From a virus, in the IMG/VR virus record IMGVR_UViG_3300030060_007423, positions 64,001 through 128,000 of that record: DNA of 64,000 bases; one strand, written 5' to 3'. The notes beneath the pieces were generated by a model. The model was given only the letters and a program-made list of their open reading frames with translations. It was not told where the DNA came from and ran no database searches. The translations under genes and the position numbers were made by a program. Positions 1 to 9,123 of this stretch are shown here, piece after piece; within the stretch, counting starts at the first letter, position 1; every line of letters begins with the position of its first letter.

Positions 1-201
1 TATGAAGCGGCAATAAAGGCAGGTGATGAACTAAAAGGTAAATTACCTCCTCACCGCTTTCACCCAAAAGGTAGAAATTCATATGCACATGTTTTTGAAA
101 GAATTAGAAGCAAAATGGGAAAGAGTTACAAACAATGTGATGATTCTGATGCAGAACAGATAATAAATCTCATAGAATACTATGTAAAGAATCCTTGTTA
201 A
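1..201 (+). CDS. hypothetical protein, 5'-truncated (…HPKGRNSYAH…NPC*)
   Basis: Open frame 1 from window start to TAA at 199-201; not in ORF track. Confidence 0.7.
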   Translation, partial: YEAAIKAGDELKGKLPPHRFHPKGRNSYAHVFERIRSKMGKSYKQCDDSDAEQIINLIEYYVKNPC

Positions 202-280
202 TAACTTTTTTCATATTTTAGTGAAAATAACTATGAAAATATTTTTATTTCCCAAATATTCTAGTTATATTTATATATAA
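196..280 (+). promoter_or_regulatory. repeated promoter element: TGTTAATAAC box, T-tract-CCCAA, TAGTTATATTTATA
   Basis: Near-identical copies at 53725, 54281, 61057 and 62446, plus a boxless copy at 60805; always intergenic and upstream of an ATG. Confidence 0.75.
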
Positions 281-296
281 ATAATTAATAAAAGAT

Positions 297-518
297 ATGA
301 TAAAAAGCAAAAAAGACAAACCAAGACTACCTATTGAAATAGACCTAACAGGACCAGATGGTAATGTTTTTGTACTAATGGGTATGGCAAAAAGATTTGC
401 TAAAGACTTAGGTTTAGATGGAAATAAAATAATTGAAGCAATGATGAGTAGTGATTATGAAAATGCTGTTAAAGTATTTGACAATAATTTTGGTTCATTT
501 GTAACATTATATAGATAA
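297..518 (+). CDS. conserved phage hypothetical protein (IDLTGPDGNVF motif)
   Basis: ORF directly downstream of promoter repeat. Confidence 0.75.
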   Translation: MIKSKKDKPRLPIEIDLTGPDGNVFVLMGMAKRFAKDLGLDGNKIIEAMMSSDYENAVKVFDNNFGSFVTLYR

Positions 519-524
519 GAAAAT

Positions 525-890
525 ATGAAAAATGAAATGACAGATGGAATGGTTTATTCCAAAGAAATGGGACATTATGTAGATGTAGTTGAATGGCTTC
601 AACATGTAAAGAGTGTAGCTAATACATTAATACCTGGATTTCAATATGATATGAGATTTACATCTTGCACTGATGTTAATGGTAATACCACATATGAACC
701 TTACATAAGAGTTGCAATGCAAGCTCATGGTGAAGCTATGGTTGAACTGTTTAGTGGTGAAGACATACATTCAGAATTGGATCTTTATGAAGATGAAGAC
801 GGTGATGGAGAATATGGAAGACCAATTATTAGAAAGATTTGGTCAGTTAGATTACCTGGAATAAATTTAGATAGTCAAATAAGTATTTAA
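525..890 (+). CDS. hypothetical protein
   Basis: 121 aa ORF in tandem gene run. Confidence 0.7.
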   Translation: MKNEMTDGMVYSKEMGHYVDVVEWLQHVKSVANTLIPGFQYDMRFTSCTDVNGNTTYEPYIRVAMQAHGEAMVELFSGEDIHSELDLYEDEDGDGEYGRPIIRKIWSVRLPGINLDSQISI

Positions 891-898
891 CATTAAGT

Positions 899-960
899 TG
901 TTAATAACTTTATAAAAAACATAGCATTAATTAGGAAAAAATAGTTATATTTATTATATA
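899..960 (+). promoter_or_regulatory. promoter element (TGTTAATAAC box + TAGTTATATTTAT)
   Basis: Box 899-908, TAGTTATATTTAT 942-954. Confidence 0.65.
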
Positions 961-978
961 AATCAAAATGGTTACAAT

Positions 979-1167
979 ATGAAAAATTTTATCAACAGTA
1001 CATTATTAGTTTTAAGCGGATTAGTTTGTCTATACCTTGCATACATTACAGGTACAGGCGAAATACTAAATTACATTAATTTTGCAGACCCTCTTAATGA
1101 AATGGGATTCTTTATGTGTCTTACTTCAATGGGTGGTGGTTTAGTTTATTGCGGATTTGCAAAATAA
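979..1167 (+). CDS. small two-TM membrane protein
   Basis: Two hydrophobic segments in 62 aa. Confidence 0.65.
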   Translation: MKNFINSTLLVLSGLVCLYLAYITGTGEILNYINFADPLNEMGFFMCLTSMGGGLVYCGFAK

Positions 1168-1169
1168 AT

Positions 1170-1246
1170 GGTGGTGATAGCTCAATAGGTTAGAGCATTG
1201 GATTGTGGTTCCAAAGGTTGTGAGTTCGATTCTCATTTACCACCCA
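1170..1246 (+). tRNA. tRNA-His(GTG)
   Basis: Cloverleaf: G-1 at 1170, acceptor GTGGTGA/TTACCAC, D arm GCTC/GAGC, anticodon stem TTGGA/TCCAA with GTG, T arm GTGAG-TTCGATT-CTCAT, C discriminator. Confidence 0.95.
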
Positions 1247-1250
1247 AATA

Positions 1251-1288
1251 ATTTTTATATATCAAAAAAAATAGTTATATTATACTAT
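1251..1288 (+). promoter_or_regulatory. promoter of DNA polymerase (TAGTTATATTATA)
   Basis: Same T-tract/A-tract/GTTATATT motif seen at 6186, 15042, 21418, 50250 and 57560. Confidence 0.6.
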
Positions 1289-3727
1289 ATGAATAAATTC
1301 AAAATATCACGTATTACGTCAAAGTTTGACAAAGGAATGTGGAACATCTATCAATTTGGATATGATGAAGACGGCAAGTTTGTCACAAAAGTAGATAAAG
1401 TAAGGGATTACTTTTATTACTCATCAGATAACATAAACGACATTATGGGAGTCAATGGACTAGATTTTAGTGACACTCAATTCTATGATAGTTTTTATGG
1501 AGAAAAAGTAAATAGGGTTTACTATAATTCAATAAAAAATCGTAATGAAATATCCAGAAAGTATGGAATGAAAACATATGAAGCTGATGTTTCACCTGAG
1601 TTTAAGTTTATGTTGGATAAAAACTTAGAGTGGTCAGACAAAAGACATAAAATGTATTATGATATTGAGTGTCATGTTGATTTGGAAAACCCAGATAGTA
1701 ATAAGCCAGAAAGAGCTGAACAACCTATCACGTCAATACAGTGTTATTCAACAGAAAAGAAATCATATTTTGTTTTTGCATGGCATCCAGAATTAACAGA
1801 AGAACATGAACAACCTAACATATACACTGAAGGTGAAACAACATATGTAATGTGTAAAACTGAAGAAGATGTTATTATGGGATTCATTAATCTTCTAAAT
1901 GTTAGTCATTGCGATGTATTGACTGGATGGTACTGTTCTGGTTTTGATATGCCATATATTATTAATAGGTGTAAAAAGTTAGGATTGCCTTATGAAGACA
2001 TATCTCCAGTTAAAGATATTTACATGAGAAAAAAAGGTGATTACTGGAGAATCAATATTAGAGGATTAGACCATGTTGATATGATGGAAGCATTACAAGA
2101 CATGAACTATAATCTTCCTAATTGGAAATTGGCAACAGCATCTAAAGAAATACTAGGTGAAGGTGAAATGGAAAAACTCACTGAAGTTACTTGGAAAGAT
2201 TGGCTAACTAATTTTGATGGTTTTATAAAGTATGGTATTCGTGATGTTCAAATTCTTAAAGAGATAGATGAAAAAATACAGTTGTTTGATTTGTATTGTA
2301 CACTTCAATCAATTAGTGGTGTAGAACAAATGCCTATGTGCTTTTTCAAATCGGTCGTAGTTGATAGTTATATCTTAAAAGACAATCATAATAAGATCAT
2401 ATTTCCAAATAGGATAACACGTCCTAGAAAGAATTATGCAGGTGCAATTGTATTTAACCCAACAGAACCTGGAAGGCATAAAGATGTAACGGTTATGGAC
2501 TACACATCACTTTATCCTACTAGTATTATGTCATTCAATATTAGCCCAGAAACATTTATATGTTCAAAAGAACAATGTGACAATATGGGAATGAACATAC
2601 AGGATATTGTTGATAAACTTAAAGAAGAAGACACTGATTTTATTGATACAGGTGAAGATGAAACATTATTTGGTGGTAGGTATTTATTTTATGGCCATTC
2701 ATACAAGGTTGGACTTTTACCAAAAATATTAAAAAAGTTATTTTTACAGCGAGTTGAAATAAATAAAGGTTTAGGTGAAGGAAAATATACAGGTGATGAT
2801 GCTGTTGCAATGGATAAAAGACAATGGGCATATAAACTTGTACTTAACTCTGCTTACGGTGCAATGGGTTTTAATTTCTTTAGACTGTACAAACCTGAAT
2901 GTGCTGATGCAATTACTTTCTTTGCAAGACAAGCATTAAAATTTGCAACACTAAAGTTTAATCCTGAACATAAAGTTTTATATGGTGATACTGATAGTAT
3001 ATTTGTAAAGTCAAATGGTAGTACTGAAGATGAAATGAAAGAAAAGCTAGTTAAATTTAATGACATGTTAAGAAATGAATATGTTACAAAATATAACCCA
3101 AAAGTTTCAGACGAGTATATGATGATGGACCTTAAATTTGAGTATGATTTGGAATACATTTATTTTGGTGAATCAAAAAAGAGATACTATGCAATAATAC
3201 GAGAATCTGGTAAAAAGTATATTAGAGGAATGAATATCATTAGAAAGGATGCACCAGAATTCTTAAAGAAAGCACTAAATGTTGTCACAGAAATGGCAAT
3301 AAGAGATACATTAAATTTTGACCACTTAACACAGTTGCGCCAAAAAATAGAAACTATTAATTATAAAGATATTGGTATATCTAAAAAGTTTACAAAGAGA
3401 TTTAACCAATACTTAAAGAATAAACCACAACACCTAAAAGCTGCATTGTGGGCAAATGAAAAGTTAGGTACAAGTATAACAAATTTAGACGCACCATATT
3501 TGTTTTACATAAAGAGTAAGTGTGAAGATGATGTAAAGATTAGGGAAAGACAAACTGCAATATGTTTGAATGAAGAAGATTTACATTTGATAGATGATAG
3601 AACAGAAGTGTTTGAAATAGATTATGAAACATATTTTTCAAAACAAGTTTTGGAACAATTAGAAGAGTTCAAATTGATTGAAAATGTTGATAATTTATTA
3701 CAGCAATATGAGAGTTTAGTTAGTTAA
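1289..3727 (+). CDS. polB: family B DNA polymerase with 3'-5' exonuclease
   Basis: Exo I YDIE, Exo II GFDMPY, DYTSLYPT, KLVLNSAYG and YGDTDS motifs; start moved to ATG 1289 because the track start lies inside the tRNA. Confidence 0.95.
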   Translation: MNKFKISRITSKFDKGMWNIYQFGYDEDGKFVTKVDKVRDYFYYSSDNINDIMGVNGLDFSDTQFYDSFYGEKVNRVYYNSIKNRNEISRKYGMKTYEADVSPEFKFMLDKNLEWSDKRHKMYYDIECHVDLENPDSNKPERAEQPITSIQCYSTEKKSYFVFAWHPELTEEHEQPNIYTEGETTYVMCKTEEDVIMGFINLLNVSHCDVLTGWYCSGFDMPYIINRCKKLGLPYEDISPVKDIYMRKKGDYWRINIRGLDHVDMMEALQDMNYNLPNWKLATASKEILGEGEMEKLTEVTWKDWLTNFDGFIKYGIRDVQILKEIDEKIQLFDLYCTLQSISGVEQMPMCFFKSVVVDSYILKDNHNKIIFPNRITRPRKNYAGAIVFNPTEPGRHKDVTVMDYTSLYPTSIMSFNISPETFICSKEQCDNMGMNIQDIVDKLKEEDTDFIDTGEDETLFGGRYLFYGHSYKVGLLPKILKKLFLQRVEINKGLGEGKYTGDDAVAMDKRQWAYKLVLNSAYGAMGFNFFRLYKPECADAITFFARQALKFATLKFNPEHKVLYGDTDSIFVKSNGSTEDEMKEKLVKFNDMLRNEYVTKYNPKVSDEYMMMDLKFEYDLEYIYFGESKKRYYAIIRESGKKYIRGMNIIRKDAPEFLKKALNVVTEMAIRDTLNFDHLTQLRQKIETINYKDIGISKKFTKRFNQYLKNKPQHLKAALWANEKLGTSITNLDAPYLFYIKSKCEDDVKIRERQTAICLNEEDLHLIDDRTEVFEIDYETYFSKQVLEQLEEFKLIENVDNLLQQYESLVS

Positions 3728-3786
3728 GAAGTATATTTATATATACAAAAAGGTTATTAATATACACATAATAAATGGAGGTTACA

Positions 3787-4083
3787 ATGGAAAAATTAAA
3801 TCCAATAGGCGATAGAATCGTATTAAAAGCAATTGACCCAGATGAAATGACATCAGGAGGAGTTATTCTTCCAGATATTGCACAAGAAGAAACCATGTTA
3901 GGTACTGTATGTTCAGTTGGACCAGGTGAAGTATTATCTTCTGGCCAAATAGGATATATGCAATGTAAAGTAGGTGATACAGTAATGTACCCAAAATACG
4001 GTGCAAAAAAGATTGAGGTTGATGGTGAAGACTATTTAGTCATTCGTGAAAAAGAATTATTAGTTATTATTAAGGAGAAATAA
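3787..4083 (+). CDS. groES: co-chaperonin GroES
   Basis: LNPIGDRIV, TSGGVILPD, VGPG, KYG motifs; GGAGG RBS before ATG 3787. Confidence 0.95.
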   Translation: MEKLNPIGDRIVLKAIDPDEMTSGGVILPDIAQEETMLGTVCSVGPGEVLSSGQIGYMQCKVGDTVMYPKYGAKKIEVDGEDYLVIREKELLVIIKEK

Positions 4084-4085
4084 AA

Positions 4086-5720
4086 ATGAAAAAAGGTCCA
4101 AAAAAGATATCATTTGACAAGAATGCTAAAGAAGGATTATATTCTGGTATTGACATTTTATGCGATGCTGTAAAGACAACATTAGGCCCAAAGGGTAGAA
4201 ATGTAGTAATTGAAAAAGAATTTGGTGAATATGTTTCAACAAAGGATGGTGTAACAGTTGCAGAAGAGGTTGAATTACCTGATTCTATTGAAAATGCTGG
4301 TGCACAAATGGTGAAAGAGGTTGCCAAGCAAGTAAATGATGAAGCTGGTGATGGAACAACAACCGCAACAGTGTTGGCACATAGTATTATTAAAAGTGGT
4401 CTTGGAGTTTCTAACAGGTCAAACCCAGTTGAAGTAAAGAGAGGAATGGATAAAGCTGTAGATACTATCCGTCAAAATTTAAGTAAACTTAGTAAGCAAA
4501 TAGAGTCTGAAACTGAAATTCAACAAGTTGCAAGAATCTCTGCAAATAATGATTCTGAAATTGGAAATCTTATTTCTGAAGCAATGGATAAAGTAGGACG
4601 TGAAGGTGTAATTACTGTTGAGGAAGGAAAGTCTTCAGAGACAAATTTAGAAGTTGTTGAAGGTCTTCAGTTTGATAGAGGTTATTTATCTCCATATTTT
4701 GTAAATTCAAATGAAAAGATGATGTGCCAATTGGAGAATGCGTGGGTTCTTTTATATGACAAGAGAATATCTAGTCTAAAATCAATTGTTAAGCCATTAG
4801 AGATGGCAATACAGGCTGATAAACCATTAGTGATTATTGCTGAAGATGTTGATGGTGAAGCATTGGCAGGACTTATTGTCAATAAAGCAAGAGGAACATG
4901 TAAAGTTGCAGCTGTAAAGGCACCTGGATTTGGTGATAAGAGAAATGCAATGTTACAAGATATTGCAGTTTTAACTGGTGGTACTGTAGTTTCAACAACA
5001 AAGGGTATGAAACTTGAGAAGATAACACCTGATATGTTTGGTTCTGCTAAATTAATTAGTATAACTGGTAAAAATACAACTATCGTTGATGGTGGTGGAG
5101 ATTCTGAAGCAGTTTTAGCACGTGCAACAGAAATCAAAGACCAAATAGATACATCAGATTCAGGCTATGAAATAGAATCTCTTCAGGAAAGACTTGGAAA
5201 AATGACTGGTGGTGTTGCAATCTTAAATATTGGTGCACAATCAGAAATTGAGCTTAAGGAAAAGAAATATAGAGTAGAAGATGCATTAGCTGCAACACGT
5301 GCCGCAATTGATGAAGGTATTGTACCAGGTGGTGGTATAGCATTAAGACTAGCTTGTGAAGATATTAATTCAGATGATTTGAATAAAGACCAACAAATTG
5401 GTTTTGATATTGTAAAAGTTGCATGTAAAGCACCATTCAATGCAATCATGGAAAATGCAGGATTAAATCCAGAGGTAATATGGAACAATGTATGTACAAC
5501 ATCTGATTTAGATTTTGCAGGATTTGACGCAAGAAATGAAGAAGTTGTTGATATGTATAAGGCTGGAATCGTTGATCCTAATAAAGTTACTAGGGTTGCT
5601 CTTGAAAAAGCAGTATCCGTTTCAGGTACAATCTTAACAACAGAATGTGTAATTAATAAACTCCCAGAGGAAGAAGGCAAAGAGCCACCAATGATGGGAG
5701 GAGGATTTGGGATAGGATAA
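4086..5720 (+). CDS. groEL: chaperonin GroEL
   Basis: TLGPKGRNV, TKDGVTVA, AGDGTTTATVLA, FDRGYLSPYF, GIVPGGG; MMGGG tail. Confidence 0.98.
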   Translation: MKKGPKKISFDKNAKEGLYSGIDILCDAVKTTLGPKGRNVVIEKEFGEYVSTKDGVTVAEEVELPDSIENAGAQMVKEVAKQVNDEAGDGTTTATVLAHSIIKSGLGVSNRSNPVEVKRGMDKAVDTIRQNLSKLSKQIESETEIQQVARISANNDSEIGNLISEAMDKVGREGVITVEEGKSSETNLEVVEGLQFDRGYLSPYFVNSNEKMMCQLENAWVLLYDKRISSLKSIVKPLEMAIQADKPLVIIAEDVDGEALAGLIVNKARGTCKVAAVKAPGFGDKRNAMLQDIAVLTGGTVVSTTKGMKLEKITPDMFGSAKLISITGKNTTIVDGGGDSEAVLARATEIKDQIDTSDSGYEIESLQERLGKMTGGVAILNIGAQSEIELKEKKYRVEDALAATRAAIDEGIVPGGGIALRLACEDINSDDLNKDQQIGFDIVKVACKAPFNAIMENAGLNPEVIWNNVCTTSDLDFAGFDARNEEVVDMYKAGIVDPNKVTRVALEKAVSVSGTILTTECVINKLPEEEGKEPPMMGGGFGIG

Positions 5721-5977
5721 TGAGTGATAATAAACAAAAGATAAATATAAATCTAAACGACATGGATGATGTTGTTTGTGAATCATGTGGAAATCCTACA
5801 TTTATTCAAGTGGTACTATTAAAACGTGTTTCAGCCGTAATGTCGCCAAATGGAAAGAAAAGTTTTTTACCAATGCCTGTATTTGAGTGTAGTAGTTGTG
5901 GTCATGTTAATGACGAGCTCTTACCCCAACAAGCAGACAAGAAAGATAGTGAGGGAACATTTAATCTTGGCGGATAA
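5720..5977 (+). CDS. small zinc-ribbon protein
   Basis: CESC…CSSCGH; TAATG-coupled to groEL. Confidence 0.75.
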   Translation: MSDNKQKININLNDMDDVVCESCGNPTFIQVVLLKRVSAVMSPNGKKSFLPMPVFECSSCGHVNDELLPQQADKKDSEGTFNLGG

Positions 5978-6164
5978 TGTTAAACATCCAAAGCATTATA
6001 CTACAGGAATAGAAATGTGGGATTATGCTTATTCTCAAAAACTAGATTTTTTTGAGGGAAACATTATTAAGTATGTTACAAGATGGCGACATAAAAATGG
6101 TATGGAAGATTTATTAAAGGCAAAACAATATTTAGATAAACTTATAGAAAATAACACTAAATAA
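5967..6164 (+). CDS. DUF3310 family protein (T7 gp1.7-like nucleotide kinase)
   Basis: DNVKHPKHY…GNIIKYVTR…KNGMEDLLKAKQYL; likely TTG start at 5967. Confidence 0.85.
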   Translation: MADNVKHPKHYTTGIEMWDYAYSQKLDFFEGNIIKYVTRWRHKNGMEDLLKAKQYLDKLIENNTK

Positions 6165-6201
6165 ATTTTAATAATTCGCAAAAATTGGTTATATTATATA
6201 C

Positions 6202-7131
6202 ATGAAAATTAAAACACCTAAAGATTTGGCAATAAAGGCAAGAATGATGGGTAAGAAAACTATTTCTTACAGTCAGTTCAATATGTACAAAACTTGCCCT
6301 CGCCAATGGAAATTAAATTATATAGACAAACATAGGGAATTTGAACCTTCTATATATTTAACATTTGGTACATCTATGCACGAGGTTATTCAACATTATC
6401 TTGAAGTGATGTATGGTGATTCAATTAAAGCAGCAGATAGTATAGACCTTCATAAAATGCTAAAAGAAAGAATGCAGCATAATTATAAGGAAACATTAGC
6501 TGAATTTGATGGAAAACATTTTTCAAGTCAAAACCAAATGATGGAATTTTATTGGGATGGTGTTGAAATAATAGATTACCTAAAGAAAAAACGAGGTGCT
6601 TATTTTAGTAAAAAGAATTGTGAATTGGTTGGAATAGAAATGCCAATTTTTCATGAAACTGAAATCAATCCAAATATTATGATGACAGGTTTTATTGACT
6701 TAGTAATAAGAGAACACAATAAAATAAAAATCATAGATATTAAAACCAGTACAATGGGTTGGAGACCATCACAAAAGAAAGAAAATGGTGACCAGCTTAG
6801 AATTTATAAAGAATATTTTGCAAGACAATACGGAACTGATATTAATGATATTGAGATTGAGTATTTTATAGTCAAAAGAAAACTTTATGAAAATTTAGAT
6901 TTTCCACAGCGAAGAATACAAACATATTCACCAGCATCTGGAAAACCTAGCATTAATAAAACAAACAAAAATTTGGCAAAATTCATTTCAGAAGCATTTA
7001 CTACTGATGGAAAACATAACTTACAAGGTGAATATCCTGCAACCAAAGGTGAAAAGAATAAAAATTGTAAGTGGTGCCCGTTTAAGACAAATTATGAATT
7101 ATGCCCAAAAGATAAAAGGATTATTTTATGA
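6202..7131 (+). CDS. PD-(D/E)XK exonuclease, Cas4/RecB-AddB-like
   Basis: SYSQ…CP, FG…H, GFIDLV, IIDIKT, QL.IY, C-terminal CKWC…C (four-Cys Fe-S pattern). Confidence 0.88.
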   Translation: MKIKTPKDLAIKARMMGKKTISYSQFNMYKTCPRQWKLNYIDKHREFEPSIYLTFGTSMHEVIQHYLEVMYGDSIKAADSIDLHKMLKERMQHNYKETLAEFDGKHFSSQNQMMEFYWDGVEIIDYLKKKRGAYFSKKNCELVGIEMPIFHETEINPNIMMTGFIDLVIREHNKIKIIDIKTSTMGWRPSQKKENGDQLRIYKEYFARQYGTDINDIEIEYFIVKRKLYENLDFPQRRIQTYSPASGKPSINKTNKNLAKFISEAFTTDGKHNLQGEYPATKGEKNKNCKWCPFKTNYELCPKDKRIIL

Positions 7132-7886
7132 TATATTGGTTTACAGGCCAGCCAGGTGCTGGTAAAACAACATTGGCTAAAGCAATGATAGAAAAATGTA
7201 GTGACAACTGCATTCATATTGACGGTGATGGTTTAAGAGATTTATTCCAAAACTTTGATTACTCACCAGCTGGGCGAACAAAGAATATACAATCCGTACT
7301 GGACTTATGTAGATTTTTAGATAATAAAGGTTTAACGGTTGTTGTATCAGTTGTTGCACCATATAAAGAAATGCGTGATTCATTAAAAAATACAAATGAT
7401 GTAACTGAGATATATGTTCACACAACTGAGACTAGAGGTAGGGAAGATTATTTTGCAAAAGATTATGAAGCACCTACGGAAGATTTCATTGATATGGACA
7501 CTACAGATATTTCTATTGATGATTGCTTAGACAAAATATCATTTAATAGAGAAAAGAAGCATACATATTTTTGTGACATTGATGGAACAATATTTAAGTA
7601 TAGAAAATTTGAAACATACACAACTTCAGATGCTGAACCAATAATGTCAACAGTTGATAAATTAAATGAATGGTATGATGACGGTCATATGATAATTTTA
7701 ACAACTGCCAGACCTGAAGATATGAGAGAACATACTATCAAAGAATTAGTTGATAATAGCATACCATTTGATAGATTAATAATGGGGATTGAGCGAGGAC
7801 CAAGATATCTTATCAATGATATGGATCCTAACAAGCCAGGAGAGAGAGCAATTGCACTAAATTTACAAAGAGACAAAGGAATATGA
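7128..7886 (+). CDS. cysC: adenylyl-sulfate kinase fused to HAD phosphatase
   Basis: WFTGQPGAGKTT, IDGDGLR, YEAP; C-terminal DIDGT and TAR motifs. Confidence 0.85.
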   Translation: MIYWFTGQPGAGKTTLAKAMIEKCSDNCIHIDGDGLRDLFQNFDYSPAGRTKNIQSVLDLCRFLDNKGLTVVVSVVAPYKEMRDSLKNTNDVTEIYVHTTETRGREDYFAKDYEAPTEDFIDMDTTDISIDDCLDKISFNREKKHTYFCDIDGTIFKYRKFETYTTSDAEPIMSTVDKLNEWYDDGHMIILTTARPEDMREHTIKELVDNSIPFDRLIMGIERGPRYLINDMDPNKPGERAIALNLQRDKGI

Positions 7887-8236
7887 AATACTCAATGTTT
7901 ATAGGAAGGTGGCAGCCTTGGCATGATGGCCATCAATGGTTAATTGACCAAAGAATTAAAGAAGGAAAAAATATCTGTATAGCAATTAGAGATATTGAAC
8001 CAAATGAAAATCAACCTTGGACACCACAAGAAGTTGAAGAAAATCTTAATAACAGATTTGCAAAAGAAATAGCAGATGGAAGTATAAAGGTTGTAATAAT
8101 TCCAGATATTGAATCTGTTAATTATGGAAGAGGTGTGGGATATGAAATCATTGAACATGTACCACCAACAAAGGTTGAAAAAATATCAGCAACGAAAATT
8201 AGAAAACAAATGAGGGAAAAGGGATTACTACAGTGA
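7883..8236 (+). CDS. HxGH nucleotidyltransferase (cytidylyl/adenylyltransferase-like)
   Basis: GRWQPWHDGH and ISATKIR motifs. Confidence 0.85.
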   Translation: MKYSMFIGRWQPWHDGHQWLIDQRIKEGKNICIAIRDIEPNENQPWTPQEVEENLNNRFAKEIADGSIKVVIIPDIESVNYGRGVGYEIIEHVPPTKVEKISATKIRKQMREKGLLQ

Positions 8237-8454
8237 CAAGAAATAAGTGGGCAGCAAGAAAGAGGCATATTGTAAAAACAATTACATGGAGAATTGTTGG
8301 TACTTTAGATACAATGGCATTAGGTTGGCTTGTTAGTGGTGACCCAATGATTGGGTTAAAGGTAGGTGCACTTGAATTGTTTACAAAGATGATATTATAC
8401 TATTTTCACGAAAGAGCTTGGTATGGTTATAGACCAAATAGGAATAGAAAGTAA
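8233..8454 (+). CDS. DUF2061 small membrane protein
   Basis: KTITWRIVGTLDT…TKMILYYFHERAW. Confidence 0.85.
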   Translation: MTRNKWAARKRHIVKTITWRIVGTLDTMALGWLVSGDPMIGLKVGALELFTKMILYYFHERAWYGYRPNRNRK

Positions 8455-8855
8455 TGAAAATAGGAATAGTTGGTAGTAACACATATGAGAATAAACGAAA
8501 GATTAAGCAAACAGTATTTGACTTAACAAAGAAATTTGGTGATAGGTTAATTGTTGTTAGTGGCGGTGGCCAACACGGTGCTGACAAGTACGCTAAAAAA
8601 TATGCATTAGAACTAGGCTGTGAATATAGGGAAGTAAATCCAGCTCACACTCAAAAAACACTGTACTCAATTATGTCAGAAAATTGGTACAATAAACCAT
8701 ATAAAACAAAAAATTATTTTACAAGAAATACCATTTTGGCAAGATATGTAGATTATTTAATAGCATTTATTCCAAGAGGTGAAGAAAGTAAGGGAACAGA
8801 ATATACAATTTTTGAAGCAAGAAAATTTCGCAAAAAAGTTGTCATTATTCATTAG
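8454..8855 (+). CDS. SLOG/DprA-YspA-like nucleotide-binding protein
   Basis: IGIVGS, VSGGG..GAD, RN….YVD..IAF, SKGT.YTI. Confidence 0.75.
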   Translation: MKIGIVGSNTYENKRKIKQTVFDLTKKFGDRLIVVSGGGQHGADKYAKKYALELGCEYREVNPAHTQKTLYSIMSENWYNKPYKTKNYFTRNTILARYVDYLIAFIPRGEESKGTEYTIFEARKFRKKVVIIH

Positions 8856-8913
8856 TTTTTAATTTTATGATTATATTTATATATGTATATTCATATATAA
8901 AGGAGATAATAAG

Positions 8914-9105
8914 ATGACACAAGACAAACTTAAATTAACATCTGTTAAAATTTCTGAAGACTTACATAGAAATTTTAAGATTAAGGGAATACAAGACAAC
9001 CTTAATTTTCAAAAGATAACTAATAGGGCAATTCACCTATATTTAACAGATAAAACATTTAGACAGAAAATTTTAGAAACCACGTTATTAGGCAAAAATT
9101 TATAG
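8914..9105 (+). CDS. small DNA-binding protein, ribbon-helix-helix-like
   Basis: LTSVKI strand followed by two helices; own TATATTTAT promoter and AGGAG RBS. Confidence 0.55.
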   Translation: MTQDKLKLTSVKISEDLHRNFKIKGIQDNLNFQKITNRAIHLYLTDKTFRQKILETTLLGKNL

Positions 9106-9123
9106 ATTATTAAGGAAGAGGTT

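Noticed and set aside
196-205. GTTAATAAC as an integron attC site
   Set aside because: It does not fit GTTRRRY, has no attC-length hairpin, and no integrase is in the window; the cassette idea is kept only as a general hypothesis.
1205-1288. Track start (GTG 1205) of the DNA polymerase
   Set aside because: It lies inside tRNA-His and upstream of the promoter motif; ATG 1289 is the plausible start.
6202-7131. Cas4-like nuclease as part of a CRISPR-Cas system
   Set aside because: No cas1/cas2 or array is in the window; stand-alone Cas4/RecB-like nucleases are common in phage replication modules.
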